A program made the translations under genes and the position numbers. From a virus (taxonomy: Duplodnaviria > Caudoviricetes): a stretch of DNA of 44,953 nucleotides. Positions 27,316-35,336 of the stretch are shown here, piece after piece; position 1 is the first letter of the stretch; the number at the start of each line of letters is the position of its first letter. The stretch covers positions 1 through 44,953 of IMG/VR virus record IMGVR_UViG_3300037419_000729; one strand, given 5' to 3'. The notes beneath the pieces are model-generated. The model ran no database searches and was not told the origin of the DNA. It saw only the letters and a list, made by a program, of their open reading frames with translations.

Positions 27316-28978
27316 CTTGCTCCTTCGTGCTGTCTGAGAAAGGCCCATCCGCCAGCTCCACCTCCTCGAAGAGGCCGGTGTCGCGGTTGTAGGCGAGCCC
27401 AAAGGTCCGGCCCGTAGCGTCCCCTGTCTCGCGCTCCTTTAGGATGCGGAGAGTTGTCGGCTCATCGGGCTGCTGCTTGTCGCGCTCCAGCGCGAACAGG
27501 TTGTGGGACCAACGGGCAATCGCCCGGCCCCCGGTAAACTGCTTCTCCAACACCCGGCCGCCCTCTTCGTGGGCCTTGCCGTCCGGCGTGGTCAGGTGGG
27601 AGACGTAGTGGAGCGTGAAGTTGTGTTGCTCGACCATGCTGGCGAGGTCCGCCATGATGACGTCGAGCGCCTTTCGGTCGTCGTCGGCAAAGGCGAGAAG
27701 GGCAGTCAGGTTGTCCAGGAAGACGTCCTGGATGCCATCGCCCAGAACCATGTGCCGGATGATGTCCTTGATGCCGTCCCAATCCTTGGCGCCGAAGTGG
27801 TCGTAGAGGAAGAGATAGGGGTCCATCTCCTCTTCCATGATGCGCCGCAGCTCGGCCTCGTCATACTCGACGCCGGGCATATGGACGCGCTTTCCCATCA
27901 ACATCCCTGCGATGGTCTTGACGGTCTTTCGACGGGCGTTCTCTTCCAGAAGGAGGGTCCCGGCCCGGCGCGGCTCGAGCAGCCCGAGGGCCTCGATGCC
28001 TGTGTGGTCCGCGATTATCTTCGGAGCGATGGTCGAGGCGATGAGTTGCTTGAAGGCTGTGGTCTTGCCGACCCCGACGCCGGCACCCCAGCCGTAAAGC
28101 TCGCTTCGGCGGATGCCGTAGGTGGCCTCGGTCGGCCCACGCCACGGCAAGGCGTAACCGAAGGTTGGTGGAGACAGGGCGAACTCAATGGCGTCCCGGA
28201 CCCGTATGATGCCGTCCGGCCGGTAAGGCGGGGCGCCCCAGGCCGCGTCGACCAGCTCCTTGGAGCGGCCTTCGACGACCATCTCATTGGCGTCCTTGAG
28301 CGGGAGCTGGGCGATGAACGCCTTGCCTGGCGTCAGGACTCGGGCCGCGGCCTCCGCCGCTTCCCGTCCGGGCTCATCCATGTCGAACATAAGGACGACC
28401 CGGTCGAACTTCTCTAGCCAGTCGGCAGCCTTAGCGACCGCCTTGGGGGCGCTCTGAGCGCCGTTTGGAACCGAGACGGCCGGCCAAGTGAGGTCGCGGC
28501 TCATGGCCTGAGCAACGCTCATGGCGTCAATCTCCCCTTCGGTGACGACGACCATCTTGCCGCTGTCCCGCCACAGGTGCTGCCCGAACAGAGGGAGGGC
28601 CTGCTTCTCGGAGCCGACCCACTCCATGTTCTTGTCCTTGTCGCGCCACTTCTGGGCGACGGGCTGCCCGGAGGCGTTCATGTATTGCGCTATCTGGACA
28701 GGCTTGCCGCGGTAGCGGCCGGAGAGGTAGCGGAACTTCTGGACCGTCTTTAGGTCCAGCTTGCGGGAGCGGAGGGGTTCGACCTCGCCGCGCAGAAGGC
28801 CCGCCTTGGGTTTTGGTGGCTGCTTGGGGCCGGCACCGTCCTCCCACTGATGGGCGGTTTCCTCGGGACAGGCGAAGCAGAAGCTATGGCCGTCGTCATA
28901 GACGGCGCGGGCATCCGAGCTGCCGCAGAACGAACACGGCCCCTTTTCCAGGAGCTGTGCCTCTGTGTCGTGCGTCAT
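27302..28978 (-). CDS. Primase-helicase (T7 gp4-like)
   Basis: CxxC...CxxC zinc ribbon, TEGEIDA and FDMD TOPRIM motifs, GAGVGVGKTT Walker A, VSHL, HEEGG. Confidence 0.96.
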   Translation of the reverse strand: MTHDTEAQLLEKGPCSFCGSSDARAVYDDGHSFCFACPEETAHQWEDGAGPKQPPKPKAGLLRGEVEPLRSRKLDLKTVQKFRYLSGRYRGKPVQIAQYMNASGQPVAQKWRDKDKNMEWVGSEKQALPLFGQHLWRDSGKMVVVTEGEIDAMSVAQAMSRDLTWPAVSVPNGAQSAPKAVAKAADWLEKFDRVVLMFDMDEPGREAAEAAARVLTPGKAFIAQLPLKDANEMVVEGRSKELVDAAWGAPPYRPDGIIRVRDAIEFALSPPTFGYALPWRGPTEATYGIRRSELYGWGAGVGVGKTTAFKQLIASTIAPKIIADHTGIEALGLLEPRRAGTLLLEENARRKTVKTIAGMLMGKRVHMPGVEYDEAELRRIMEEEMDPYLFLYDHFGAKDWDGIKDIIRHMVLGDGIQDVFLDNLTALLAFADDDRKALDVIMADLASMVEQHNFTLHYVSHLTTPDGKAHEEGGRVLEKQFTGGRAIARWSHNLFALERDKQQPDEPTTLRILKERETGDATGRTFGLAYNRDTGLFEEVELADGPFSDSTKEQDGDF

Positions 28979-29073
28979 TCGGCGTCGTCAGGCTCCGACA
29001 TCACAAGAATGGCGGCAATGAGGATGACCATTCCAATCGGAACGCCCCCGATAAATCCAAGCATGAACTCCAT
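28975..29073 (-). CDS. 32-aa membrane peptide
   Basis: MEFMLGFIGGVPIGMVILIAAILVMSEPDDAE, overlaps both neighbours. Confidence 0.55.
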   Translation of the reverse strand: MEFMLGFIGGVPIGMVILIAAILVMSEPDDAE

Positions 29074-29255
29074 CAGACGTTGGCCTGGTCGACGGCAGCG
29101 TCGATGGCGAGCCGAATGGTCTCCTCCGACGTCTTGGAAAAGATGCGCTTGCCGCCCAGCAGCTCTACGACCGTGTAGACCCCGCTCGACTCGACGTAGA
29201 CGATGTGGTGGAGGTTGACGTAGGTGTCGTCGATGAGAAGGAAGACCGCCTTCAT
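29073..29255 (-). CDS. Hypothetical protein
   Basis: 60 aa, GAGG RBS, beta-rich YVNLHHIVYV. Confidence 0.65.
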   Translation of the reverse strand: MKAVFLLIDDTYVNLHHIVYVESSGVYTVVELLGGKRIFSKTSEETIRLAIDAAVDQANV

Positions 29256-29351
29256 GGGCGGTCCCTCGGCCCAACCCAGGTAGCCGTAAGCTGCTCCGGG
29301 CGGGCGCTTTCCAGAATAGAAGAGTCAGCCCCAGCCTTGCGGAGGGCATCC

Positions 29352-29684
29352 TCAAACGCGAGGCGGATAGCCCCTTTGAACGCGAGCGGCCTCATCCGCA
29401 CGGGCGCGGGCTTCTTCGACGATGCGCCGTATCTCGGCGGCCTGCGTCCTGACGAGGTGATATTCCCCATAGCGATTCCCTTGGGTGTCCTGTTTGTGGA
29501 TGGTCACAATCTCCTGGCCGGTCGGCAGGAGGTGTGAGTGCGTGGTGCGGAGACGGAAGATGGCGTCCCCGAGACGGAACCGGCCATATTCGATGAGGGC
29601 CGACCCCTCGCTGATGTGGCCGCGGGCTTTCAGATGCTCCGCGACAATCTCAGGCCAAGTGCCTGAGCGGCGGGCGACGGTCAT
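29352..29684 (-). CDS. Helix-turn-helix protein
   Basis: HLK.RGHIS..SA..EYG.FRL.DAIF.LR winged-helix pattern; ATGA overlap with endolysin stop. Confidence 0.7.
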   Translation of the reverse strand: MTVARRSGTWPEIVAEHLKARGHISEGSALIEYGRFRLGDAIFRLRTTHSHLLPTGQEIVTIHKQDTQGNRYGEYHLVRTQAAEIRRIVEEARARADEAARVQRGYPPRV

Positions 29685-30232
29685 ACGGGCACCGCCACAC
29701 GGTTCGCCAGCCAGCCGTAGAGGAAGCTCTCGTCCTTCGGGTGGGCCTCGGCCAGGGAGATATAGCGGCACCCCTGGAGAGCGTTTAGGGCAGCCAGGAG
29801 GACCTGTTCTCCGGCCAGCCCGCGAACGCGGCGGAAGCCACCTAGTGCAGAGGCAGTAGAGCCGCCAATCTCCCCATCCGGTTTTATGTCGACGTAGTCC
29901 GCGCCGTTCCGGTTGAGAGCGTTGAGCGCCCTCTGTAGGAACGTCGTCGCCACCTTCGGCCCCATGTTGACGCCGGTATCGAATAGCTCGGCCGCCACTC
30001 GAGGATAGGTCGCAGCGACCAGGTCGAAACTCGGCTTCTCCCAATAGAGTCGCCGGTAAATGGACGCCGCCGTGCTCCTCGGCATGTCCGCCATCGAGCC
30101 GAAGTAGCCATTGGCTCTGGCGACGGAGAGAGTGATGCCGAAGTTGGTCTCCCCTCCGCTGTCGTTCGGGTTGTTTGTGTAGCCGCCTTCGCGGTCAATC
30201 AGCCCATCTATGAGCTTGTCGATGTCGGTCAT
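29681..30232 (-). CDS. Endolysin, glycoside hydrolase family 108 with C-terminal peptidoglycan-binding domain
   Basis: EGGY..NP.D.GGETNFGIT, FDTGVNMG, FLYGWLANRV motifs. Confidence 0.93.
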   Translation of the reverse strand: MTDIDKLIDGLIDREGGYTNNPNDSGGETNFGITLSVARANGYFGSMADMPRSTAASIYRRLYWEKPSFDLVAATYPRVAAELFDTGVNMGPKVATTFLQRALNALNRNGADYVDIKPDGEIGGSTASALGGFRRVRGLAGEQVLLAALNALQGCRYISLAEAHPKDESFLYGWLANRVAVPV

Positions 30233-30234
30233 GG

Positions 30235-30651
30235 TTACTCCATGAATGTGATGCGGAGGCGGTAGCCCTCCTGCTCGCCCGGCTTGGCCCACCGCTTAAG
30301 GAATGGGCCGGAGACGATTTGGTCGTCATCCTTCCACCATCCGCCAGCGTGGGTGATGGCGTCGAAGGGGCCTTTCTCGAAGTTGTCGCGGTCGCCTTTG
30401 GGCCGCCGCTTCTTGGTGGCCTTGGGCTTGGCGACGATGACCTCGATGGCTACGTCTACGTCCCCTTCAAAGGGAGCGTCGGGGAATGGGGCCTCGACCG
30501 CTTTGACCTGTGTGATTGCCTCTTCGAGCCACTCCTTATAGCGAGGCTCATTGTAGACCTGTGGGAAGGCGCGCTTCCCGAAGCCACGGCAAGTGCAACG
30601 AGTCCTGGCGGTTGCCCGTGGAGGCAGCGCCAGGAACAAGTCTCGGGTCAT
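30235..30651 (-). CDS. rusA: RusA-family Holliday junction resolvase
   Basis: D.DN..K...DA.......DD.QI motif. Confidence 0.85.
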   Translation of the reverse strand: MTRDLFLALPPRATARTRCTCRGFGKRAFPQVYNEPRYKEWLEEAITQVKAVEAPFPDAPFEGDVDVAIEVIVAKPKATKKRRPKGDRDNFEKGPFDAITHAGGWWKDDDQIVSGPFLKRWAKPGEQEGYRLRITFME

Positions 30652-31343
30652 TAGAAGTCTGCGTCGGAGCCTTCGTCGGACTCGAAGCCGCGGCCCTCAT
30701 CAGAGAAGCCGCCGTCATCGTCGGACGCGGTAAAGCCGTCCTCGGCGCCGAAGCCGTAGGACTCGGCATCGCGCTTGCCGCCCTGGACGAGGTCGATAAT
30801 CTGGACCGCCTCGAGACCGAAGCTAATCCCCATCTCTCCGTCCTTGGCGATGAAGTATTCCATCGGACGAACCGAGAGCTTGACCTCGGACCCGCCGCCG
30901 ACACGCGGCACCTTCTTGATGCGCTTGCCGCGGGCGTCGAAGACGTCGGGAGTGAACTCGTAGGTCTTGCCGGCGTTCGGGCCGTTCTTGACCTCGACGC
31001 GGTATTTCATACCGGCGCGAAGAAGGGTCATTCCTGTCGGTTCCGCGTTCTCGTCTCGGGTCAGCTCCTCGGCAAAGATGGAGTCTTTCTTGTGGAGCTT
31101 CTTGAGCAGGGCGCCCTTCTTCTCCTTCTGGAGCTGGGCCGCTGTTTGCTCGAACGCTTCGTCAAGCAGAGCCTCGGCTGCATTGCGAAGCTCATCCCAG
31201 GAGTCATCGGCCGGGTCGAAGCGGACCTTGATGTGGAACTCGCCGCCGTCCTTATAGTCGTAGTCGGGCTCGTCGATGGACGCCCAAACGACCTGGGCCT
31301 TCGGCGTGATGTAGGTCGGGTAGTCTTTGCGATTGCGAAGCAT
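30651..31343 (-). CDS. Single-stranded DNA-binding protein (T7 gp2.5-like)
   Basis: TP, PD, GGSEVK, LEAVQIIDL, acidic tail ending in Phe. Confidence 0.92.
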   Translation of the reverse strand: MLRNRKDYPTYITPKAQVVWASIDEPDYDYKDGGEFHIKVRFDPADDSWDELRNAAEALLDEAFEQTAAQLQKEKKGALLKKLHKKDSIFAEELTRDENAEPTGMTLLRAGMKYRVEVKNGPNAGKTYEFTPDVFDARGKRIKKVPRVGGGSEVKLSVRPMEYFIAKDGEMGISFGLEAVQIIDLVQGGKRDAESYGFGAEDGFTASDDDGGFSDEGRGFESDEGSDADF

Positions 31344-31344
31344 A

Positions 31345-31360
31345 GGTGTGTTAACGTGCC
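31345..31360. promoter_or_regulatory. Putative operator (13/16) just upstream of the SSB start codon
   Basis: GGTGTGTTAACGTGCC. Confidence 0.5.
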
Positions 31361-31518
31361 TTTCGGTTTAAGCGGGCCAGGTCACGGGTGATGCCCCGGA
31401 AGTCGTAGCCCTCTTCGAGAAGGTCGACCGTGAGGTCGAGTGGGATGGCGCCGCTGTAATCGGCATGGGAAGCGGCTTGTTCTAGAAGGGCCTCTATGCG
31501 GGCCTGTTGTCTATTCAT
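31351..31518 (-). CDS. Small hypothetical protein (start 31518 or 31554)
   Basis: 55 aa ORF, PLDL...L.EEGYD motif. Confidence 0.55.
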   Translation of the reverse strand: MNRQQARIEALLEQAASHADYSGAIPLDLTVDLLEEGYDFRGITRDLARLNRKAR

Positions 31519-31621
31519 TAGACTAGCGAATGAATTATATTGACGACAATCCACACCGCGGCGGCAGCAGTAACCACGGCGATTGATGTGCCGACAACTA
31601 ACTCAAAAAGGTCTTCACCTG

Positions 31622-31927
31622 TCATTTCAATTCCCCTCTGGCGTAGTCCTTCACGGCCTGGATGTGGTCCGTGTAGGCTGCCTCGGCGTCTGGCATGATG
31701 CGCTTGGCGCGGGACACCATCTCATGGGCGTCGAGTCCGAGAGCTTCGGACATGGCGACCGCTGTCAGGAACAGCGAGTCCATCTGGACAGCCGGAGGGT
31801 GGCGCTGGAGCGCGTAGAGGATTTCAAAGGCCGGGCGACGGAGCGCTGCGGCCGACGTTGCGAAACTGATGGCGTCCCTGATTGTGTGGAGCGGGGACAG
31901 CCAGGCCGGATGGTCAGACGGGCTCAT
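31622..31927 (-). CDS. Hypothetical protein, first gene after the phage promoter
   Basis: GAGG RBS before ATG 31927; helical 101 aa. Confidence 0.7.
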   Translation of the reverse strand: MSPSDHPAWLSPLHTIRDAISFATSAAALRRPAFEILYALQRHPPAVQMDSLFLTAVAMSEALGLDAHEMVSRAKRIMPDAEAAYTDHIQAVKDYARGELK

Positions 31928-32110
31928 ATTCGCCCGCCTCAGCCCGAAGCTGAATGAGGGTATAGAGTCGGGACGCATTGGCCTGGGCCTCTCGGAAGTC
32001 GCCCAAATCATCAAGGGCCTTCTCAAGGGCGGCTCGGCTCCCCCGAATTAGGTCGTCAAGATATAAAAGGAAGTTCTCTGGCATGGGTTCTCCTTGGAGC
32101 CGAGCTTCGG

Positions 32111-32133
32111 TCTCCTATAGAGTGGCGGGTAAT
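32111..32133 (-). promoter_or_regulatory. Phage RNAP promoter (middle), ATTACCCGCCACTCTATAGGAGA
   Basis: Directly downstream of the RNAP gene as in T7; repeated at 21174-21196. Confidence 0.85.
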
Positions 32134-32134
32134 C

Positions 32135-32150
32135 AGCACTTTAACGTGCC
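32135..32150. promoter_or_regulatory. Putative repressor operator (14/16)
   Basis: AGCACTTTAACGTGCC, one base upstream of the middle phage promoter. Confidence 0.65.
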
Positions 32151-32152
32151 TA

Positions 32153-34588
32153 TCAGGCGAAGAGGTAAGGGGAGCGGCGGACCTCCTCCAGGTCGAGCGT
32201 CCCTTCCGTTGGGACCGGGGGCAGGGCGGCCTGCCACACCTCCGGCATAGTGGCCGCAACCTCGTCCCGAAACCGGGCGAGGAGGTTGGGCTCATATTGC
32301 TCTACGAACGTGTCCCGGAGAAGTCGGGCCAGCTCATCGGTGCGGCCGGCGTGGGTCGCAAAGCTGTCGTGGATGACACCCAGATAGTCGATGCCGGCCG
32401 CCTTAGCCGCCCGAGCAAGCGCCCGGAGGTGTGCAGCATCAAGGGAGTGGACGTAGTTGGGGGCGATGCCGTTGGCCTGGCCGCGGCCGTCTAGGCTCGA
32501 GCCCTCGAACGAGAGCGTGAGCTTCAAGACCGTGGCCTTCCAGTGGACCTCGACCCGCTCCCCGTAGTTGGTGTGGTAGTCCTGGAGGACCGGGAAGCCA
32601 TCCGGTGTCGTCCACGCCAGCGGGACGTCGGCGTTTGTGGCGACCTTGGCAACCTGGCGCAGCCACTCCATCGCGGAGGTAGCCGCGGCGACCACCTCAC
32701 CAACCGCATCAAACAGGATGTAGGAGAGGTAGTGGGCCGCCGCGTAATTGTCGGCCCCGCCCAGGTAGGGCTCGGCACTCTCGGCATCCAGCTCGTTGAG
32801 GGTCTGGAGGACCATGTCCTGCATACCGTAGCGGGTGGCCGAGTAGACGTAGGTCATGGTCGGTCGCTTGGCGATAGACCTAGTAACCTTGCCACCTCGC
32901 CAGACAGCCGCCTCCGGTCGCTGGTCGTTATCAATCCGCTTTTGCGTCCTCGAGGCGACTTCCTCATAGACGTCGCTCGGAGCTTCGCCGGGAATGAGGT
33001 TGACTGCTCGCGCACCTACCGGGTCGCGAAGCAGCGCCGAGAAGTGCTGGAGCCCGGAGTTGCTCCCGTCGAGCGGGATTGGCAGTCGGCTGACATAGGT
33101 GTCTCCTTCATCGAGATAGGCGGCGAACTCAAAGGCCGAAGCGAGTGCCATCCAGGGGGAGTCGGCGGTCAGCCAGAACTTCTCCCCGTCGAGAGGCGCC
33201 AGGGCGCTGTCGATGAGCTGGCGCGAGTGGGCGTAGGTCCACTCGACGCGCTCCTTGAACGAAACCTTGTCGACCCCGAACAGGTTGGCGATGTGGACCG
33301 CCAGCCAGTAGGCGCCAGACGTCCCGAGCGGAAGCCCGTGGGCGAACTCAAGGAGCGCCTTGCCGCCGTCGTCGGCCTGCGGGTGTATGGCCGTGGCCGG
33401 CATCGGGTAGACCCGGCCGCGGAAGTCGAGAGCGTGAGGGAACCATATGGCCGCCTCGTCGACGAACTTACCGGCAATCCACAGGCGCTGCTGTGTCTGG
33501 AGGCGCTGGCTGAATAGCTGGGCGTTGGCCTCATGGATGGTGGCGGCCCGGCGCTTCCACTCCGTTCGGGCTGCCTCATCCGTGTCGAAGTCGATGGGCT
33601 TGCCCGGCAGCGGCTGGTCGTCGCGTGGGGGTAGGCCCCCGAGGGTGCCGCCGTTGTCCCACAGTTCCCGCATGACATCGAAGACCTTGCTGTTGATGCG
33701 CCATGGCGTCTCCTGGATGTGGTTCACGGCCTCGTAGACTTTGCTGAGGTCGGCCGCGTCGAGGAGCTGGAGATACTTGGCATCCCACCGCTTAACGAGC
33801 GGGTGGTTGGGCAGGCGACGGAGGTAGCCTCCAACCCGGTGCGAACGCCAGCGGCGAGGGCGGACGACCATAGGAAGGAGCAGGGGCTCGAGCAGCGCCG
33901 AGCGGTCGTGCTGGCGGGACAGCCACTGGCTCACCGCCTCGGACGGACGGAGGTAATAGCCCATTCCGGCGCCTCGGGGTCGGGTGTCCAGCTCGAACAG
34001 GCCGGTGGAGTCGAGGAACAACTCGACGACAATCATCCCGAGCCGCAGCTTCTCGGCCTTCGGGATGGAGGTCCGGCTGTCTTCTCCTTCCAGCATCTTG
34101 CGGATGGCGTTGAGGCGTCTGGCGCTGGTCCGGGCGCGGCGGCCCTTGCGAATGAGCCCCGCATAGCCGGCAGGGTTCTTGCCGCGGAACGTCACCATGT
34201 CGACGTGGTCGATGATGGCGGTGGCCGCCTGGATGGCGGTCGATTGCAGGGTGGCCCGGACGGCCGCCATGTTGAGGACCGTTCGAGCGGTCAGATAGGC
34301 GACCTCCTCGGGCCGAGCGTTCTCCAGCCACTTTACTGCGGAGTGGCGCTTGCCGGCCTTGCCGCTGTTGGCGCCTTCGACCCAGGCCGTTATGGCCTCG
34401 GCTGCGGGCTTGATGGCGAGCCTTAGGAGATGCTGGCCGGGCGGAAGGTTCGCTTCTTCGTCGGCTGAGCTGTTCTCTCCGGACCACGGCATGGGGCGCT
34501 CGCGGTTATAGCGGGCGATGCCGAGCGACCGGCTTTCCGCTTCGAGGTCAAGCTCTCGTCGGACGTCTTCACGATAGAGGGGTCTCAA
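32153..34588 (-). CDS. Single-subunit DNA-dependent RNA polymerase (T7 gp1-like), probable TTG start
   Basis: DFRGRVY, DGSNSGLQH, RSIAKRPTMTYVYS, APNYVHSLDA, IHDSF motifs; GGGGAG RBS before TTG 34588. Confidence 0.97.
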   Translation of the reverse strand: MRPLYREDVRRELDLEAESRSLGIARYNRERPMPWSGENSSADEEANLPPGQHLLRLAIKPAAEAITAWVEGANSGKAGKRHSAVKWLENARPEEVAYLTARTVLNMAAVRATLQSTAIQAATAIIDHVDMVTFRGKNPAGYAGLIRKGRRARTSARRLNAIRKMLEGEDSRTSIPKAEKLRLGMIVVELFLDSTGLFELDTRPRGAGMGYYLRPSEAVSQWLSRQHDRSALLEPLLLPMVVRPRRWRSHRVGGYLRRLPNHPLVKRWDAKYLQLLDAADLSKVYEAVNHIQETPWRINSKVFDVMRELWDNGGTLGGLPPRDDQPLPGKPIDFDTDEAARTEWKRRAATIHEANAQLFSQRLQTQQRLWIAGKFVDEAAIWFPHALDFRGRVYPMPATAIHPQADDGGKALLEFAHGLPLGTSGAYWLAVHIANLFGVDKVSFKERVEWTYAHSRQLIDSALAPLDGEKFWLTADSPWMALASAFEFAAYLDEGDTYVSRLPIPLDGSNSGLQHFSALLRDPVGARAVNLIPGEAPSDVYEEVASRTQKRIDNDQRPEAAVWRGGKVTRSIAKRPTMTYVYSATRYGMQDMVLQTLNELDAESAEPYLGGADNYAAAHYLSYILFDAVGEVVAAATSAMEWLRQVAKVATNADVPLAWTTPDGFPVLQDYHTNYGERVEVHWKATVLKLTLSFEGSSLDGRGQANGIAPNYVHSLDAAHLRALARAAKAAGIDYLGVIHDSFATHAGRTDELARLLRDTFVEQYEPNLLARFRDEVAATMPEVWQAALPPVPTEGTLDLEEVRRSPYLFA

Positions 34589-34998
34589 TCGCCGCTCCCC
34601 CTCGTCCGTTCGAGGGTGGCGCGGGCGATACGCAAAGCAAAACGCCGGAACGCCTGAGAACCGAGCGGGCCGTTCAGAATTAAGCCAAGTGCCCCCCGCA
34701 GCTCCGAGATGGCCGCGGCTTGCTGTTCGAGGAGGGTGGCGGCGCGATAGGGGGCATCGCTTTCTTCGCCAGTGTTCCCCGAAATCCATCCGCTGTTTCG
34801 CAGTTCCGCGACAATCTCCCCTGTTGCAGAGGGTGTCGGTTGGGGGCGGGTGTTCCATGCGGCGATTGCTTCGTTCTGGAAGGCAAGCGAGCCGATAAGG
34901 AAGTCACCTGGCTCAACGTGCATCGTCAGTTGCCGGCCGCGCTTCATCGGGGCGCCGCACAACGGACACGGCAGAAGCTCTTTCGATACGTCAGTCAT
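34585..34998 (-). CDS. Lar-like (restriction alleviation) domain protein
   Basis: ELLPCPLCG...EAIAAWNTR motif; the second CxxC is missing. Confidence 0.6.
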   Translation of the reverse strand: MTDVSKELLPCPLCGAPMKRGRQLTMHVEPGDFLIGSLAFQNEAIAAWNTRPQPTPSATGEIVAELRNSGWISGNTGEESDAPYRAATLLEQQAAAISELRGALGLILNGPLGSQAFRRFALRIARATLERTRGSGD

Positions 34999-35159
34999 TG
35001 CTCTACTCCTTGCAGCGCCTCGATGTTGTCCTCGAAACGGCGGATGTCGTTGGTCACGGTCCTCCGCTCGGCTTCCGTTCTAGCTCTCTGGAGGCGGAGA
35101 GTGGCACGTCGAACTGAATTTCGGTTCCACTCGATGACGTTCTTGGTGACGTGGTCCAT
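34995..35159 (-). CDS. Small coiled-coil hypothetical protein
   Basis: AAGGA RBS before ATG 35159; 54 aa. Confidence 0.65.
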   Translation of the reverse strand: MDHVTKNVIEWNRNSVRRATLRLQRARTEAERRTVTNDIRRFEDNIEALQGVEQ

Positions 35160-35193
35160 GATGTTCCTTTGGCATGGGGATGACTGAGAAGTA

Positions 35194-35209
35194 GGCACGT
35201 TATCGTGCC
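35194..35209. promoter_or_regulatory. Putative operator, best match (15/16), upstream of the RNAP operon
   Basis: GGCACGTTATCGTGCC near-perfect palindrome in the integrase-RNAP intergenic region. Confidence 0.7.
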
Positions 35210-35336
35210 AATCGTGCCAGAGCGGCTCGGCGTGGCTGGGTGCCGTTGGCACCCTTGGAAAACTGGAAGATTTTCCGCTGGAAACCGCCGATGAGGGCGC
35301 ACAAAAAGGGCACCAACATCGACGGCCTTGAGCGAA

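Noticed and set aside
29252-29470. Overlapping ORF suggesting a frameshifted HTH gene
   Set aside because: No slippery site is evident and the HTH ORF ends plausibly; cannot be resolved without homologs.
31534-31540. TATAAT on the minus strand as a host promoter
   Set aside because: No recognisable -35 element at 17 bp; kept only as part of an AT-rich patch.
34589-34858. 90-aa N-terminal extension of the RNAP in the ORF track
   Set aside because: It overlaps the Lar-like gene in another frame; TTG 34588 has an RBS and gives a typical 811-aa enzyme.
35305-35315. GGGCACCA as a tRNA 3'-end att core
   Set aside because: Too short, with no T-arm (GTTCRA) upstream; no tRNA gene was recognised anywhere in the window.
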